From a virus (lineage: Duplodnaviria > Caudoviricetes): a stretch of DNA of 64,000 nt. Position 1 is the first letter of the stretch. Each line of letters begins with the position of its first letter. The notes under the pieces were generated by a model that ran no database searches, was not told where the DNA came from, and worked only from the letters and a program-made list of their open reading frames with translations. The stretch is taken from IMG/VR virus record IMGVR_UViG_3300028048_000080, positions 60,581 to 124,580 of that record. One strand, written 5' to 3'. The position numbers were made by a program, and so were the translations under genes. This document shows positions 1 through 10,369 of this stretch, piece by piece.

Positions 1-392
1 CGGTCATGAGTAGGGATGATGTAAGAGCTCTGACCATAAAATGCATTTTGTTTAGCAGCCGTTTCCAGTATCTTGAACAGATAGTTAGGGCTGGTAAAGC
101 GTATAGAGAAGGTTCCTGATATCAGCCGCGAACCTACGTGGATCTCGTCCACCGTATAGGAGTTAAATCCGAAGATAGGAAGATTTTGCTGGTTGAGCGA
201 CCACTGTATATCGCATACATCTTCTACGTATTCATTGCCGAAATATAGTTCAGCGTCTATAGAAGAGTAGTAACGTTTCATAATGGCGTTGGGCTGTTCC
301 TTTATCCCATTGGCCGTCTTAGTTCGTTTATACCCCGTGACGAATGGCACGTACAGAGGCGTTTTATCCATGTATTTAGTTATGTCTGCCAT
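1..392 (-). CDS. Tail tube-like / baseplate-hub-like protein (truncated by window edge; not in ORF track)
   Basis: ATG at 392 with GGAGGT RBS at 404-409. Translates MADITKY...YYSSIDAELYFG...IQWSLNQQNLPIFGFNSY...GSRLISGTFSIRFT, matching the motif order of the tube protein at 3830-4516. Confidence 0.7.
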   Translation of the reverse strand, partial: MADITKYMDKTPLYVPFVTGYKRTKTANGIKEQPNAIMKRYYSSIDAELYFGNEYVEDVCDIQWSLNQQNLPIFGFNSYTVDEIHVGSRLISGTFSIRFTSPNYLFKILETAAKQNAFYGQSSYIIPTHD

Positions 393-2166
393 GATAAATG
401 ATTACCTCCATATCCATTTGGTCACGATAATAACTACGTTCGCCGAGATTGTTAAAAAATACGCGGCCGGAAGACTTGTGGCTATCCACGTCAACGGCGT
501 ATACGCAGCAGAAATCGGCGTTATCTATCCTAGTGCTTATGCCACTATCGCTATCGCTGGAAAGATATTCGCGGGAAACTACGTCGTTAAAAGCATCGTA
601 ACGTTCCACGCATAGCACGTAGCTGGCGCGATTGTTAGGGAAAGTCAGGCGATTTTCTGCGTAGTAAAACACCGGCGGTTCAGGGAAGAAGGTGGAATCA
701 TACAGACCAAGTTTCATCCAATTATCTTCCACGAAGAATAGTATGTTGCCTCTATCTCCGGCAATCTTTTGATTCTTGATAACACCCAGTATGATTTCAT
801 CGAAAACGTCCCGCGGATTTTTGGAAGAATCCGTACATAATGGTAGCGTAATATCGGCGAATACGTTATATGATTCACCAGCGCCGAAAACTTCGATAAA
901 GCCGTTGAGAAGCTGCTTAGAGTATTCCGCGAGCTCGACCTGATGCCGTTTTTCGCAGTATTCCTCGACATAATCGTCATCATCCGAAATAGAATAACGA
1001 GCGAATTTAGAAACTACGGTTCCTCGGCTGTCTTTAACGCAGACGATAATTTCGTCGTCCAGCATAGACTGCCTAGTGTCAATCTTCATAACGGGGGAAT
1101 TAATTAAGAAACGTAAATCAAAGTTTGCGTCGATACCCAAATCGTTTTCTACTATAGAGAGGTAATACTCATCGGTAGAAGCGGCGAGCATATCGTAATC
1201 CGGTATCGTTACAACTAGCACGGATGGGTCTAGTCCGCTGGCCACAACTTCCGGACGATCAATCATAATACTGCGCGGCATTGAGGCCCGTTCTTCGATT
1301 ATGCGCTGTTTGTCCTCGTGGGTGAGCTCTATTCCAGTATGAGCAAGTTCTGCGTCATCCATCATTTCCACTTCGATAGCTGCGTCAGAATGCTTACTTT
1401 GTTCCCAGAGATATGCCAAACCAAGCTCATTCAGCTGATAATGATAAAGGCTTACTACGAGTTCCGGGCCGCTATAAAAATCCATTCGATAAAAATGGCC
1501 TGGTATGAAGAACGGATGAATATCTCCCGGACCAATTTTTTGTGCGTAGACAAAGTTTGGTTTGTCTCCATCGTAAATGAATACGCTCATATGAGTAATG
1601 GAAACTGAAGGCGTTATCGAAAAATCTGGAGCGTAATGGCATACCATTTTGCTTAGATAGCCACGGTTTGCCGCCATAATCATAGTGTTTTCAAAATGTT
1701 CGGCTACGTTTATTAGCTGATAAAAACTGATTAGCTCGTAATCAGACGGAGACTTTATCTTAGAGAACTCTTTAAGTATCTGATGTGTATAGCTTACTTG
1801 CGCGTTATTAATTTTGCCGACCAGATTCTTTACGAAATTCTCGTCTTCGCAATCGTGTAAGTAGGATAGTATTTTTTGGAACACTGCTTTATCGCTGTCA
1901 CGCGTATAATAAAATTCGATAGCGGGAGACTGTGCTCCTCCGGGCGCGCTCAACCATACGCTATAACGGCCGGCGCCTTCCGGGAAATTCGTTATGACGA
2001 CTTCATCCCCTTCTAGGGCTATGCTATGCGTAATATCCGTTCCTACGAGAGAATAATTAAGTGTACTATAACCATAATGCCTGCCATTGGCTTTTACGTA
2101 GACTGCCGTATTTAATTGCTTAGAAATTGTCACGGGAAATAAAGATTGTTTTGGCAAGCGTATCAC
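376..2166 (-). CDS. Hypothetical tail-module protein (596 aa)
   Basis: Long ORF between tube-like paralogs; no motif recognised. Confidence 0.6.
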   Translation of the reverse strand: MIRLPKQSLFPVTISKQLNTAVYVKANGRHYGYSTLNYSLVGTDITHSIALEGDEVVITNFPEGAGRYSVWLSAPGGAQSPAIEFYYTRDSDKAVFQKILSYLHDCEDENFVKNLVGKINNAQVSYTHQILKEFSKIKSPSDYELISFYQLINVAEHFENTMIMAANRGYLSKMVCHYAPDFSITPSVSITHMSVFIYDGDKPNFVYAQKIGPGDIHPFFIPGHFYRMDFYSGPELVVSLYHYQLNELGLAYLWEQSKHSDAAIEVEMMDDAELAHTGIELTHEDKQRIIEERASMPRSIMIDRPEVVASGLDPSVLVVTIPDYDMLAASTDEYYLSIVENDLGIDANFDLRFLINSPVMKIDTRQSMLDDEIIVCVKDSRGTVVSKFARYSISDDDDYVEEYCEKRHQVELAEYSKQLLNGFIEVFGAGESYNVFADITLPLCTDSSKNPRDVFDEIILGVIKNQKIAGDRGNILFFVEDNWMKLGLYDSTFFPEPPVFYYAENRLTFPNNRASYVLCVERYDAFNDVVSREYLSSDSDSGISTRIDNADFCCVYAVDVDSHKSSGRVFFNNLGERSYYRDQMDMEVIIYHGRHN

Positions 2167-2169
2167 CTC

Positions 2170-3750
2170 TTATTGATTTTCAAAATATTTATCTACGTCT
2201 TGACGTCCTTTTTGCCAAGCTTTCTTGAGAGAAGCGTACCACTCCACGTATTGCCCTTGCGTAATGGCTCCGTTTTCTTTCGCTGACAATAACGTATTGC
2301 TTAAATTCTGTAGCGTGCTGTCGATGATAGCCAGACAATGATTCCGCCCTTTTTTTAAATCATCCTCGCTAATTATGAACGCTTGACTATAGTCAGGTTT
2401 GTCGGCCGTTACTTCCTGTTTGCTAGGCGTTTCTTGTGCGGGCAAATCAACGGGCGCTTCCTCTTTCGTGTCATCGTTGTCATGTTTCGGCTTTTCAGCG
2501 GCATGGCTTCCGCTCTTAGCGCCGCCATTGGAATCAACGTTTACCGTCAGATAATCCAAATCTTTAGCCATATACTGGAACGTATTTTCCGTATACATAT
2601 CCTGAACACTCATAGTCTGACCTTCCATGACGAAGGTGACGCCATATATAGCTAGGCGTGATTTGTCGCCGTACTCATTGCACATGGAAATAGTAATATT
2701 AATGGGCGGCAACTCATCCGTGAGAATATGCGCGTTACTGCCAACATGCCGTAAATACTCATCCATCATCTTATGGGCCCAGTGCCGGTCAAATACGGTA
2801 AACACCATGGAACCGGCGATGGTGCGGTTACCGAATACTACACTCTTCATATTCATGTCGCCTAATACGCGTACGGGCATTTTTTCGTTATACATGGAGT
2901 AGGAGATAGTCTGAAGCTCGCCGACAACATGTGTAATACTGCCTTTCTCGAGAGGAATTTCGAAGATGGCTACCATGTCATGTCCTGAGTATGAAGTATA
3001 TGTTTTGACATACTGAGAAGAAATGGTCATATTGGATGGCTTCTGCCAGTCAATTTTTTGCTCTCCTTTAGATGGAAGGCTCGGGGACGATGGAGTAGTA
3101 TTTTTAGGCGGAGCTTTTACCTTGGCGGGGGATTGTTTATTGTTTTCTGGGAGTTTGACGGGTGCCTCTTTTTTGTCCTCCGATTTATTCTCTTGAGGTT
3201 TTTCCCCTTGAGGCTTTTCTTGAGGTTTTTCTTCCTGAGGAGCATTTTCTTGAGGCTTCTCCTGAGGCTTTTCTTCCGAAAGGGGGTCTTGGGGAGGAGC
3301 CTGAGGAGGTTTATTTTCTTCCGGCTTTGTTTGGTTGCCCGTATTGCTGGGAGGAGGGCCGCTAACCACATCGGTATTGTTGGCGTTAGCCATTTCTTCT
3401 ATAGTAACGCCGTATGCATCACCGGCTTCTTTCCAGTAGGCGGTGCTTTCAGCACTACTTAACGGAGTGGGAGTTCCTCCAGCGTTAGCGTAATCTTTTC
3501 CTGCTTTTCGCAAGGCGTTTGTTTTACGGGCTAACATGATATTATATGCTGCCGCATCATAACCATTTTGCCACAACAATTCGCTAGTTATGGCAACATC
3601 AGCGCCGTATTGAGCTTGTATTTTCTTAATCACGGAGGCTTTGAGTGCTATCCAGCTGGCCGTGGTCTTGGTATAATCTATTTGTGCAGCCCTGAGCGCC
3701 GCTTCCGTTTCTTGCAATTTATCATTATTTGCCATATCGGGTTTGTTCAA
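2170..3750 (-). CDS. Tail tube-like domain protein with long low-complexity extensions
   Basis: Central KTYTSYSGHD...VGELQTISY...GNRTIAGSMVFTVFDR...DELPPINITISMCNEYG aligns with the 228-aa tube protein. EKPQ repeats in the N-terminal part. Confidence 0.8.
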   Translation of the reverse strand: MNKPDMANNDKLQETEAALRAAQIDYTKTTASWIALKASVIKKIQAQYGADVAITSELLWQNGYDAAAYNIMLARKTNALRKAGKDYANAGGTPTPLSSAESTAYWKEAGDAYGVTIEEMANANNTDVVSGPPPSNTGNQTKPEENKPPQAPPQDPLSEEKPQEKPQENAPQEEKPQEKPQGEKPQENKSEDKKEAPVKLPENNKQSPAKVKAPPKNTTPSSPSLPSKGEQKIDWQKPSNMTISSQYVKTYTSYSGHDMVAIFEIPLEKGSITHVVGELQTISYSMYNEKMPVRVLGDMNMKSVVFGNRTIAGSMVFTVFDRHWAHKMMDEYLRHVGSNAHILTDELPPINITISMCNEYGDKSRLAIYGVTFVMEGQTMSVQDMYTENTFQYMAKDLDYLTVNVDSNGGAKSGSHAAEKPKHDNDDTKEEAPVDLPAQETPSKQEVTADKPDYSQAFIISEDDLKKGRNHCLAIIDSTLQNLSNTLLSAKENGAITQGQYVEWYASLKKAWQKGRQDVDKYFENQ

Positions 3751-3762
3751 CTCTTTTCAAAT

Positions 3763-3802
3763 AAAAAATAGGAAGATGAGAAACAAATCTCATCTTCCTA
3801 TT
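3763..3802 (-). terminator. Intrinsic terminator after tail tube gene
   Basis: Perfect stem aataggaagatgaga/tctcatcttcctatt with an A-tract on its left (U-tract on the minus strand). Confidence 0.8.
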
Positions 3803-3829
3803 ACCATCCGTAGAATATGTAATTAGTAA

Positions 3830-4516
3830 TTACTTACTGTTGGACATAGGGACAGAACCGGCGTTTTCGATAGTGGAGCCGTTACGGTCAACCGGCTTCA
3901 TGTATTCAACGCGGCGAGCTACGAAGGAGCAAGCCTTCTCGCTCGTAACGTTATCGATGGAGAAGCCGGACTGTTCATCCAGAATCTCAACCGCGTACAG
4001 AACAATGGAAGCCTTCTGGCCATATTCGTTTGCGAACGAAATGGTGATATCGAACGGCGGGATTTCATCAGCATAACGCGGCGTAGCAGCCGAGCTGATA
4101 TTTTTTGTAATCTGCTGAGAAGCAGCGTCGGAGAATACGGAGGAATCCGTTTCAACGCCGTTCATAGCGATATCGGTCAGCTTAGCATCCCATTCATCAA
4201 CGGAGATGCGTTCGTATTCGAGCTCTTCGCCACCAATACGGTGGAACGTCTGTTCCTTTTTAACGTGTTCTTGCAGGGCGGCCAAAAGTGCGTCCCTATC
4301 GAACACCGTGAACACCAGACTGCCTGCCACTCCCCGCTTGCCTCTAGAGAAGGAACGCGGCTCCGGGCTACCCATGGTGTAAATGGGGGCCTTCTCTCTT
4401 TTGACGGCATAGGTGATAGCCTGCAATTCCCCGACGACTTTATCGCCGAAAGTTGCTACGATATCGCAGCCGCTAAAAGAGGTGTAGGTTTTTGTATATT
4501 CCGAGGATACGGACAT
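3830..4516 (-). CDS. Tail tube protein
   Basis: Directly downstream of the sheath; 228 aa; TYTSFSGCD...PIYTMGS...RGKRGVAGSLVF...DEIPPFDITISFANEYG. Confidence 0.8.
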   Translation of the reverse strand: MSVSSEYTKTYTSFSGCDIVATFGDKVVGELQAITYAVKREKAPIYTMGSPEPRSFSRGKRGVAGSLVFTVFDRDALLAALQEHVKKEQTFHRIGGEELEYERISVDEWDAKLTDIAMNGVETDSSVFSDAASQQITKNISSAATPRYADEIPPFDITISFANEYGQKASIVLYAVEILDEQSGFSIDNVTSEKACSFVARRVEYMKPVDRNGSTIENAGSVPMSNSK

Positions 4517-4596
4517 GTTTTTACACTCCTTTGTGGATATAACTAATAGCTCTCCGGCGGAATTATATCCGCCGGAAAACTAATGGTTTATATGAA

Positions 4597-7539
4597 TCAG
4601 GCACCGACGGTGGTCGTCGTGATAGCGTCAACCATCTTGATGCTATTGCGAACTTCGCGGATCTCGTAAATCGGAACGATCTGGTAGAAGATTTCGATGT
4701 AAGAGAACTTAGCGATAGTCGGGTCAGTGTTCATCTTGAAGTCGTAGTTTTCAATAAGAACGCCTATGATCTTATCAAGTTCGCTCTTAATAGCCGTATT
4801 CAAGGAGTTGCGGTTTGCCTGATGGTTTTCTTTACCGATGAACGGTTCAGCTGCGGCGCGAATCAGTTCTTCAACGCCACCGACGATACGGCTAGTGGAC
4901 AGGCGGCGGAAAATGGAATCTGCCGGAGCCATCGTGATACCATCGGTTACTACCGTGCCGCGCGTAAAGGAATCGCGGAACGTTACGATACCAGCTTTGG
5001 TCAGGTTGCCGAGCTGAGTCTTCGTGAACTGATAGCTGAGATCCGGGAGGGAAATCGGCTGACCAGTGGAGCTCTGATCCAGCGGCAGGGTGGTTACATA
5101 ACCAGCATAACCTGCGGCACCGTTGCTGATATAACGGTAATGGCTCTGACCTACCGTTACTACGTACTGGCCGAGAACGAGAGATACGTTCTTGCCGATC
5201 GGGTAGGGGAGGTCATTTGCGTCATGGATATTCTGACCGATAACGTTCTTCGCATACAGGTCGAAGTCACGGGAAAGAATATCGGATACGCGGTTAGCGA
5301 CTGCGGCCAGGCCAACGTTGGACATAATCTTGCAGCCCATAACACCATGGGTCGGGCCCGTGTGGTATTCAGTCTGCGTGCAGTGCTGAGCCAGCTGACG
5401 GAGGAAGTTATCGTTCGTACGGAACGGAATATACTTCGTGTAATCGTACGTAAGTACGCGGTCAGCTACGGCTACTTCTTCGGCCGGAACTGCGGCGATA
5501 GCAGCCTCGATAACGTTGCCGCTTTCATCCAATACGGCAGCTTTTGCTTCCTGAGCGAATGCCTGAGAAGCAAACTGAGCTTCATCAACGAAGTCATCTT
5601 TTTCAAGAGCGCCCTGCTCAGACAACTGCAGGCGGAACAGGCGATCCATTACGGCGTGATTGTTCAGGTCGTTAATGAGTTCGTCTACCGTCATGGTGTC
5701 GAACATATTGGAGCGAATAACTACGTGGTTAGTGATGCCAGCCAAGTTGGTAGCAGCAATCGTGAGTTTGTCAAGGTCTTCGCTGCCGAGCGTATTCAGG
5801 TCGCCGAGGTTTTTACCCGTCAGGGCGTCGAATACGAATACGCTGTCCATTACGTCAGCCAGGACATAATCCTTGGTCGGAACGACCGGAATCAATGCGC
5901 CCGTAGCGTCAGCGTCTTTGATGGATACAGAACCGTCCTGAGCAAATACCACGAACTTCATGCCATCTACTACAGCCGGAGCCAGTTCTTCGAACTTATC
6001 GCCGTTAACGCGTTCGATCTTGCCGTTGCTGTTAACGACCAGTGTGCCGATAGCGTAGTCCGTAGCAGCCAAGTTCGGATTGCGTTCAGCGACAATCTTA
6101 CGGATGTCATCTACGTCAACCTTCGTCATGTCGATTGCTTCGAGATCTTCCGGCAGGCGTTCGAAGGAGATTACGTAATCACGCGGAGCCTTCAAATCGT
6201 CGCGATCAACTACAGCCGTAGCGACAACGTCGCCTTTCAGGATTTCAGTGTCATTGGCTACTGCTGCGCGGAACTTATCGGCGCGCGGAAGCTTGCCATT
6301 GATGCTATCATCAGCATTCGCGCAGGTGAGTACGCGATACTTAGCGTTGGAGCTTTCCAGTACGGAATAGATACCGTCTTCGATAGCCATGATGTGGTTC
6401 GGATCATCCATAGCGGATTCCTTAATGCGCGGCGTAAGCTCGATTTCGTTACCGTTCTTATCTTTCTTCACGCGGCGAATAGCATGCGCCGTAATAGCAT
6501 AGCCGGAGCCGAGGCGTTCGTAGATGTCGAACTTGCTGAGACGCGTTTCTTCGTAGTCAACCGTATCGGGAATAAAGAGTTTGTCGGAAGCTTCGCCGAC
6601 TTCAAGGAAATCCCACTCCTCGGCCATCAGAACGGATGCCTTCTGGAAGTCAGCGGTCAGTTCTTTTTTACTGCCGAAAATCGGGTAAGCTACGGATACG
6701 TCCGTATTCTTGACGAGCTCGCGGTAATACTTGCCTTCGAATTTGCTATAGGGCTTCTGGTCTTCATTATTCACGTAAACGAAACGCGTCTTCGTTACGG
6801 CAGGAACCGTAGAAGCGGTGTTTTCGCGACCAATGAAATAAGCACCTTTGTAAAGCGCACCGATAGAAAGCTCGTAAGTTTCCGGAGAGCCCGTTACGTC
6901 ATTGCCGTTTTCATCGATAATGCTCATTAGCAATACGTTGTTGAACGGATGAGCGTTGAACTTATTAATCAAGTCTACCAGACGGTCGTTACGGGTCAGC
7001 CCCTGACCATACAGATTAATGGAGTTCTTGATAACGGTTTTGTTACCCGTAGCGACGCCGCGCATCTTTTCCTTAACCGTAGCACGATTGGTCGGCTTGT
7101 AGAAAGAGAGCGTTTCTGCGCCAGCGGAACCGCTGAACAGAACATAGCATTCCTTGCAGCCGTTCGAGGGGAACATGCTGCGGAGACGGAGCTTGTACTT
7201 GGAATCAACCTTGAAATTGAAATCTTTGTACACATCTTTGCCGCCGATACGCATGCAGTAGATAGTACGGCATCCACGATCCCAAGCATCTTTTACGCCC
7301 GGGATAAGAGTTGCTTCCTGACGTTTCTTGCTGTCATAAGCATCGCCAAACGTGTAGATGGCATGTTCAACGGAAAAAACTTTGGTAAGAACACCAGTCG
7401 GGCCGTCAAATGCCGTGCCGATAACAATTTCAGCGTCGGTAGTTCCGAAAAGAGAGCTATCGAAGCCGTAAGAGTAATCAGCCTCTACATGAGTGATGAC
7501 GCCAGGCAGATTCATGTCGTTTTCCAAAAAATTGCTCAT
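4597..7539 (-). CDS. Tail sheath protein with large central insertion (980 aa)
   Basis: N-terminal LPGV...VIGTAFDGP...FG. C-terminal sheath motifs (LTKAGIVTFR, DGITMA, FRRLSTSRIV, AEPFIGKEN, IVPIYEIREV). Confidence 0.9.
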   Translation of the reverse strand: MSNFLENDMNLPGVITHVEADYSYGFDSSLFGTTDAEIVIGTAFDGPTGVLTKVFSVEHAIYTFGDAYDSKKRQEATLIPGVKDAWDRGCRTIYCMRIGGKDVYKDFNFKVDSKYKLRLRSMFPSNGCKECYVLFSGSAGAETLSFYKPTNRATVKEKMRGVATGNKTVIKNSINLYGQGLTRNDRLVDLINKFNAHPFNNVLLMSIIDENGNDVTGSPETYELSIGALYKGAYFIGRENTASTVPAVTKTRFVYVNNEDQKPYSKFEGKYYRELVKNTDVSVAYPIFGSKKELTADFQKASVLMAEEWDFLEVGEASDKLFIPDTVDYEETRLSKFDIYERLGSGYAITAHAIRRVKKDKNGNEIELTPRIKESAMDDPNHIMAIEDGIYSVLESSNAKYRVLTCANADDSINGKLPRADKFRAAVANDTEILKGDVVATAVVDRDDLKAPRDYVISFERLPEDLEAIDMTKVDVDDIRKIVAERNPNLAATDYAIGTLVVNSNGKIERVNGDKFEELAPAVVDGMKFVVFAQDGSVSIKDADATGALIPVVPTKDYVLADVMDSVFVFDALTGKNLGDLNTLGSEDLDKLTIAATNLAGITNHVVIRSNMFDTMTVDELINDLNNHAVMDRLFRLQLSEQGALEKDDFVDEAQFASQAFAQEAKAAVLDESGNVIEAAIAAVPAEEVAVADRVLTYDYTKYIPFRTNDNFLRQLAQHCTQTEYHTGPTHGVMGCKIMSNVGLAAVANRVSDILSRDFDLYAKNVIGQNIHDANDLPYPIGKNVSLVLGQYVVTVGQSHYRYISNGAAGYAGYVTTLPLDQSSTGQPISLPDLSYQFTKTQLGNLTKAGIVTFRDSFTRGTVVTDGITMAPADSIFRRLSTSRIVGGVEELIRAAAEPFIGKENHQANRNSLNTAIKSELDKIIGVLIENYDFKMNTDPTIAKFSYIEIFYQIVPIYEIREVRNSIKMVDAITTTTVGA

Positions 7540-7569
7540 GTAAATTTTTCCTCCTGTATTTTTTGCTTA

Positions 7570-8232
7570 TTAGCGAACAGTAATGTCTCCAATCGTAGTC
7601 TCGAATCTCGTAAATAGCTTTTCGATATCTACGTCGTATTGGAGACTTCGCACTGAGCATTTTTGCCTATAGAGATCAAAATTGGAGTCAGTGATTCTGC
7701 GCAAGAAGCGTATATCTTTGACACCTTCTCGCTTAAAATAAGCTGTGTAGCTGAAGATTATATCTTCAAAAATTTTCATTACCTCAGTAACTTCGTTATA
7801 TCCCTCTGCGAAGATATTAAACTGAATGGAGTAGCGGAGCAGCTGTCCCCAGATATCACGGGGTTGAAGGAGCTCTTCTTCCCCATCTTTAATAGCCAAA
7901 TCTACGGCATCCTGACGGATACGGGGTTTTAACTCTTTTACTGGTTGGCAATTCGTAATAGTAAAGAAAATATAGGGGTGATCGATGGACTCAGCCTGAT
8001 CAACTTTGGGGCGTGCACCTTCGTCTGGCTTGAGCTCAACGTTCATCTTTTTCATTACCTTTTTGCAGACCTTAGATAACATCAAAATGAAGTCATCGAT
8101 AGAGGCATTTGCCTCTGACGTAAGGCGTTCCGGCGTACGAAAAGGTATGGAATCTACCACATTATCGTTAAGAGCTCTTTTTTGCCCTAAGAACTCTGCT
8201 AAACCATTGTCTAAGTTCTTGTCGTTAATCAT
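7570..8232 (-). CDS. Probable tail terminator/completion protein
   Basis: Position immediately upstream of the sheath; size; IQFNIFA strand pattern typical of tail terminators (inference). Confidence 0.5.
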   Translation of the reverse strand: MINDKNLDNGLAEFLGQKRALNDNVVDSIPFRTPERLTSEANASIDDFILMLSKVCKKVMKKMNVELKPDEGARPKVDQAESIDHPYIFFTITNCQPVKELKPRIRQDAVDLAIKDGEEELLQPRDIWGQLLRYSIQFNIFAEGYNEVTEVMKIFEDIIFSYTAYFKREGVKDIRFLRRITDSNFDLYRQKCSVRSLQYDVDIEKLFTRFETTIGDITVR

Positions 8233-9246
8233 TTAGAGTTCAACCTCCACGTTAAGAGAGCATCGTTCTAGACAGTTTACGGGCTGAACAGATATTCTAG
8301 CTACCAAAACTACTGCGCCGGGAACATCTCGGTACGCATCTAAGCTATTAATGGTATAGTCTACTATAACGTAACCTTTTATGCTGTCTAAGTACTTAAC
8401 CAAAGCCTGATTGAACAGCAGCTTCTGGTAAGAGGAGTAATTTCTGCCGCGAAATTGGGAAAAATCCATCTCTCTATGCAAGAATTTCAAGATGCGGTCA
8501 ATAAACACCACTTTTTCCGGGGCCAATTCCTGCGACATGTTCACGAGATTCTCTATCGTAGTCTCTCTAGCCGGATCTGAGCGGAAATATACCATGTCTC
8601 CAGGGGCATCCCAGGGGTCAATGCGGAAAATTGCCTTACCAAAGTCGTAAGAAATGGGATATTCGTTCAAATCGCCGGTACAAAGCGCCGCGGCGAGCGG
8701 AACAGAAGCCATTTTATAATTCTCTAAGTTGTTAGCCACGAAGATAAGGTTCTCTAAATTGGCTCTCTCCGAGCATCTATTCAAAAATGTCGACTGCACG
8801 GCACGCATATCGTTCAAGAAAGCGTCGATATCCTCGTAAAGAGAGGCATGTTTGTCCGTGACGATGAAAGTTGAGTCATGCTGTCGCCCGATATAGCCCA
8901 TAATATAGGCGAAAAACGAATGTATTTCGCCACCGTGACTGATATCTTGAAAGGAATCGGACAGAGTTAGGGTAGTGAATACGACGTAAGCGAAGTCATT
9001 TTGCTTAATAACTTCTAAGGCATCGAAATAGTCCTGATCTTTTTGGAGATTCATCAGAAATACGGCAGGGGCGCCAAGAAACTTGGCGTCCTGAAAAGCC
9101 ATAGCAAGGTCTGATTCACCATATTTAGCCAAAACTTCATCGGGATCTTCGGCGTAAACTACTTCTCCGCGGCCATAATTGGTAGCGGCCTTGCCAATAA
9201 TCAGCATATTGGTATGTTTATTAACGATTAGCTTATTAGCCATCAA
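8233..9246 (-). CDS. Second, minimal sheath-like protein (337 aa)
   Basis: LIIGKA...YGESDL N-terminus and FRGRN...YLDSIKG.VIVDY...ISVQPVNCLE C-terminus mirror the sheath core motifs. Confidence 0.65.
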   Translation of the reverse strand: MMANKLIVNKHTNMLIIGKAATNYGRGEVVYAEDPDEVLAKYGESDLAMAFQDAKFLGAPAVFLMNLQKDQDYFDALEVIKQNDFAYVVFTTLTLSDSFQDISHGGEIHSFFAYIMGYIGRQHDSTFIVTDKHASLYEDIDAFLNDMRAVQSTFLNRCSERANLENLIFVANNLENYKMASVPLAAALCTGDLNEYPISYDFGKAIFRIDPWDAPGDMVYFRSDPARETTIENLVNMSQELAPEKVVFIDRILKFLHREMDFSQFRGRNYSSYQKLLFNQALVKYLDSIKGYVIVDYTINSLDAYRDVPGAVVLVARISVQPVNCLERCSLNVEVEL

Positions 9247-9703
9247 ATCCCGCCTCTCGTAGAACTTCGGCGAGATTATTTAAGACTACTTGACGACTAA
9301 ATTTATATGGTGCGCACTCAATGCGCCAGAAAACTGTCTTTTGCTCATCGCTATGCTCGTAATATACGTCCTTTACGATATCGAGGCTTTCTCCGTCGTT
9401 AATCAGGTCACCCTCTTTAATATTGGTCTTGCTATGAGTATAGTAAACGGGGCCAATATTGATTTCGCCGAATCCAAGGCCGGGACCACGCATAGAGATG
9501 GTGCTATTTTGATGAGATGCATTTACGCGCGCCAACGTGATTTTTCGTCCGGTGCCTAAGCAGCTCTTGCAGTGTTTGTCTGCTTGTTTGGATACTGGGT
9601 CAACGCAAGTGCATTCAACCTCTTCATCTCGGATGATAAACCATACGGGATGACTAAAGAGGTCAATCGGCTTGTAAATATTTTTATCGAACCATTCAGC
9701 CAT
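9236..9703 (-). CDS. Head-closure/neck-like protein with Cys cluster
   Basis: CTC...CKSCLGTG motif; position in the head-tail joining block. Confidence 0.55.
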   Translation of the reverse strand: MAEWFDKNIYKPIDLFSHPVWFIIRDEEVECTCVDPVSKQADKHCKSCLGTGRKITLARVNASHQNSTISMRGPGLGFGEINIGPVYYTHSKTNIKEGDLINDGESLDIVKDVYYEHSDEQKTVFWRIECAPYKFSRQVVLNNLAEVLREAGFDG

Positions 9704-9709
9704 GTCTTA

Positions 9710-10369
9710 TCAACTCCATTGCGGCGAATTACGCGTAACGTCTTGAATAATCGTATCGAGATTGGTATAAGCGATTTCAGCATTCTGAGCGCTCTTAAGC
9801 CCGACACGAGTAGCTTTCGGTTTGGCGCGGCCTTCGTTGAAGTAGCCACGGATAGCATCCTGCCACTTCTGCAGTTCTTTTCCCAATCTATCTAAAAGCT
9901 GTTTAAACGCAGCGCTGTTAAGAGAGTCTTCATATTCTGCCGTATCTAATTTGTATTTAGAACCGCCGCCAGAATAAGTTCTGTCCATAAAAGAACGGGA
10001 TAAGCAATCATATATCGCTTTGGTGCGGGCAAACTGTTGTACGGCAAAATCGGTGGGGTCTGCCGTGCCGCCCGCTATGAAGTCAGCTTCTCTTGAAGCC
10101 TGTCGAATATACGACAAGAGAGCTTCCTCGTTAATGCTAAACGTATCTATAGCAAGCTTCAGTGAATCCACTGAGCAGTAGAGAGGAGAGTAGGGTGTAC
10201 GATATTCAATCGTAGTGTCGGGAATAGGTGTACCATCGGCTGACGTAAGCCCACTTATCGTAACGGTATAGATGGAATTATCTAAGAGTTTTTGATCTGG
10301 CGTTACGATAGCTGTTGTCTGGTCTTCGCTAAGAGAGATTGTTCCGACAATCGGTTTTTCTGTTGCCAT
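9710..10369 (-). CDS. Ig-like (Big_5-type) domain plus probable head-tail adaptor
   Basis: TAIVTPDQKLLDNSIYTVTISGLTSADG Ig-like strand pattern, then YCSVD and a helical adaptor-like region. Confidence 0.6.
   Translation of the reverse strand: MATEKPIVGTISLSEDQTTAIVTPDQKLLDNSIYTVTISGLTSADGTPIPDTTIEYRTPYSPLYCSVDSLKLAIDTFSINEEALLSYIRQASREADFIAGGTADPTDFAVQQFARTKAIYDCLSRSFMDRTYSGGGSKYKLDTAEYEDSLNSAAFKQLLDRLGKELQKWQDAIRGYFNEGRAKPKATRVGLKSAQNAEIAYTNLDTIIQDVTRNSPQWS

Noticed and set aside
4822-6930. 702-aa plus-strand ORF
   Set aside because: Antisense shadow of the codon-biased sheath gene; no RBS or protein motifs.
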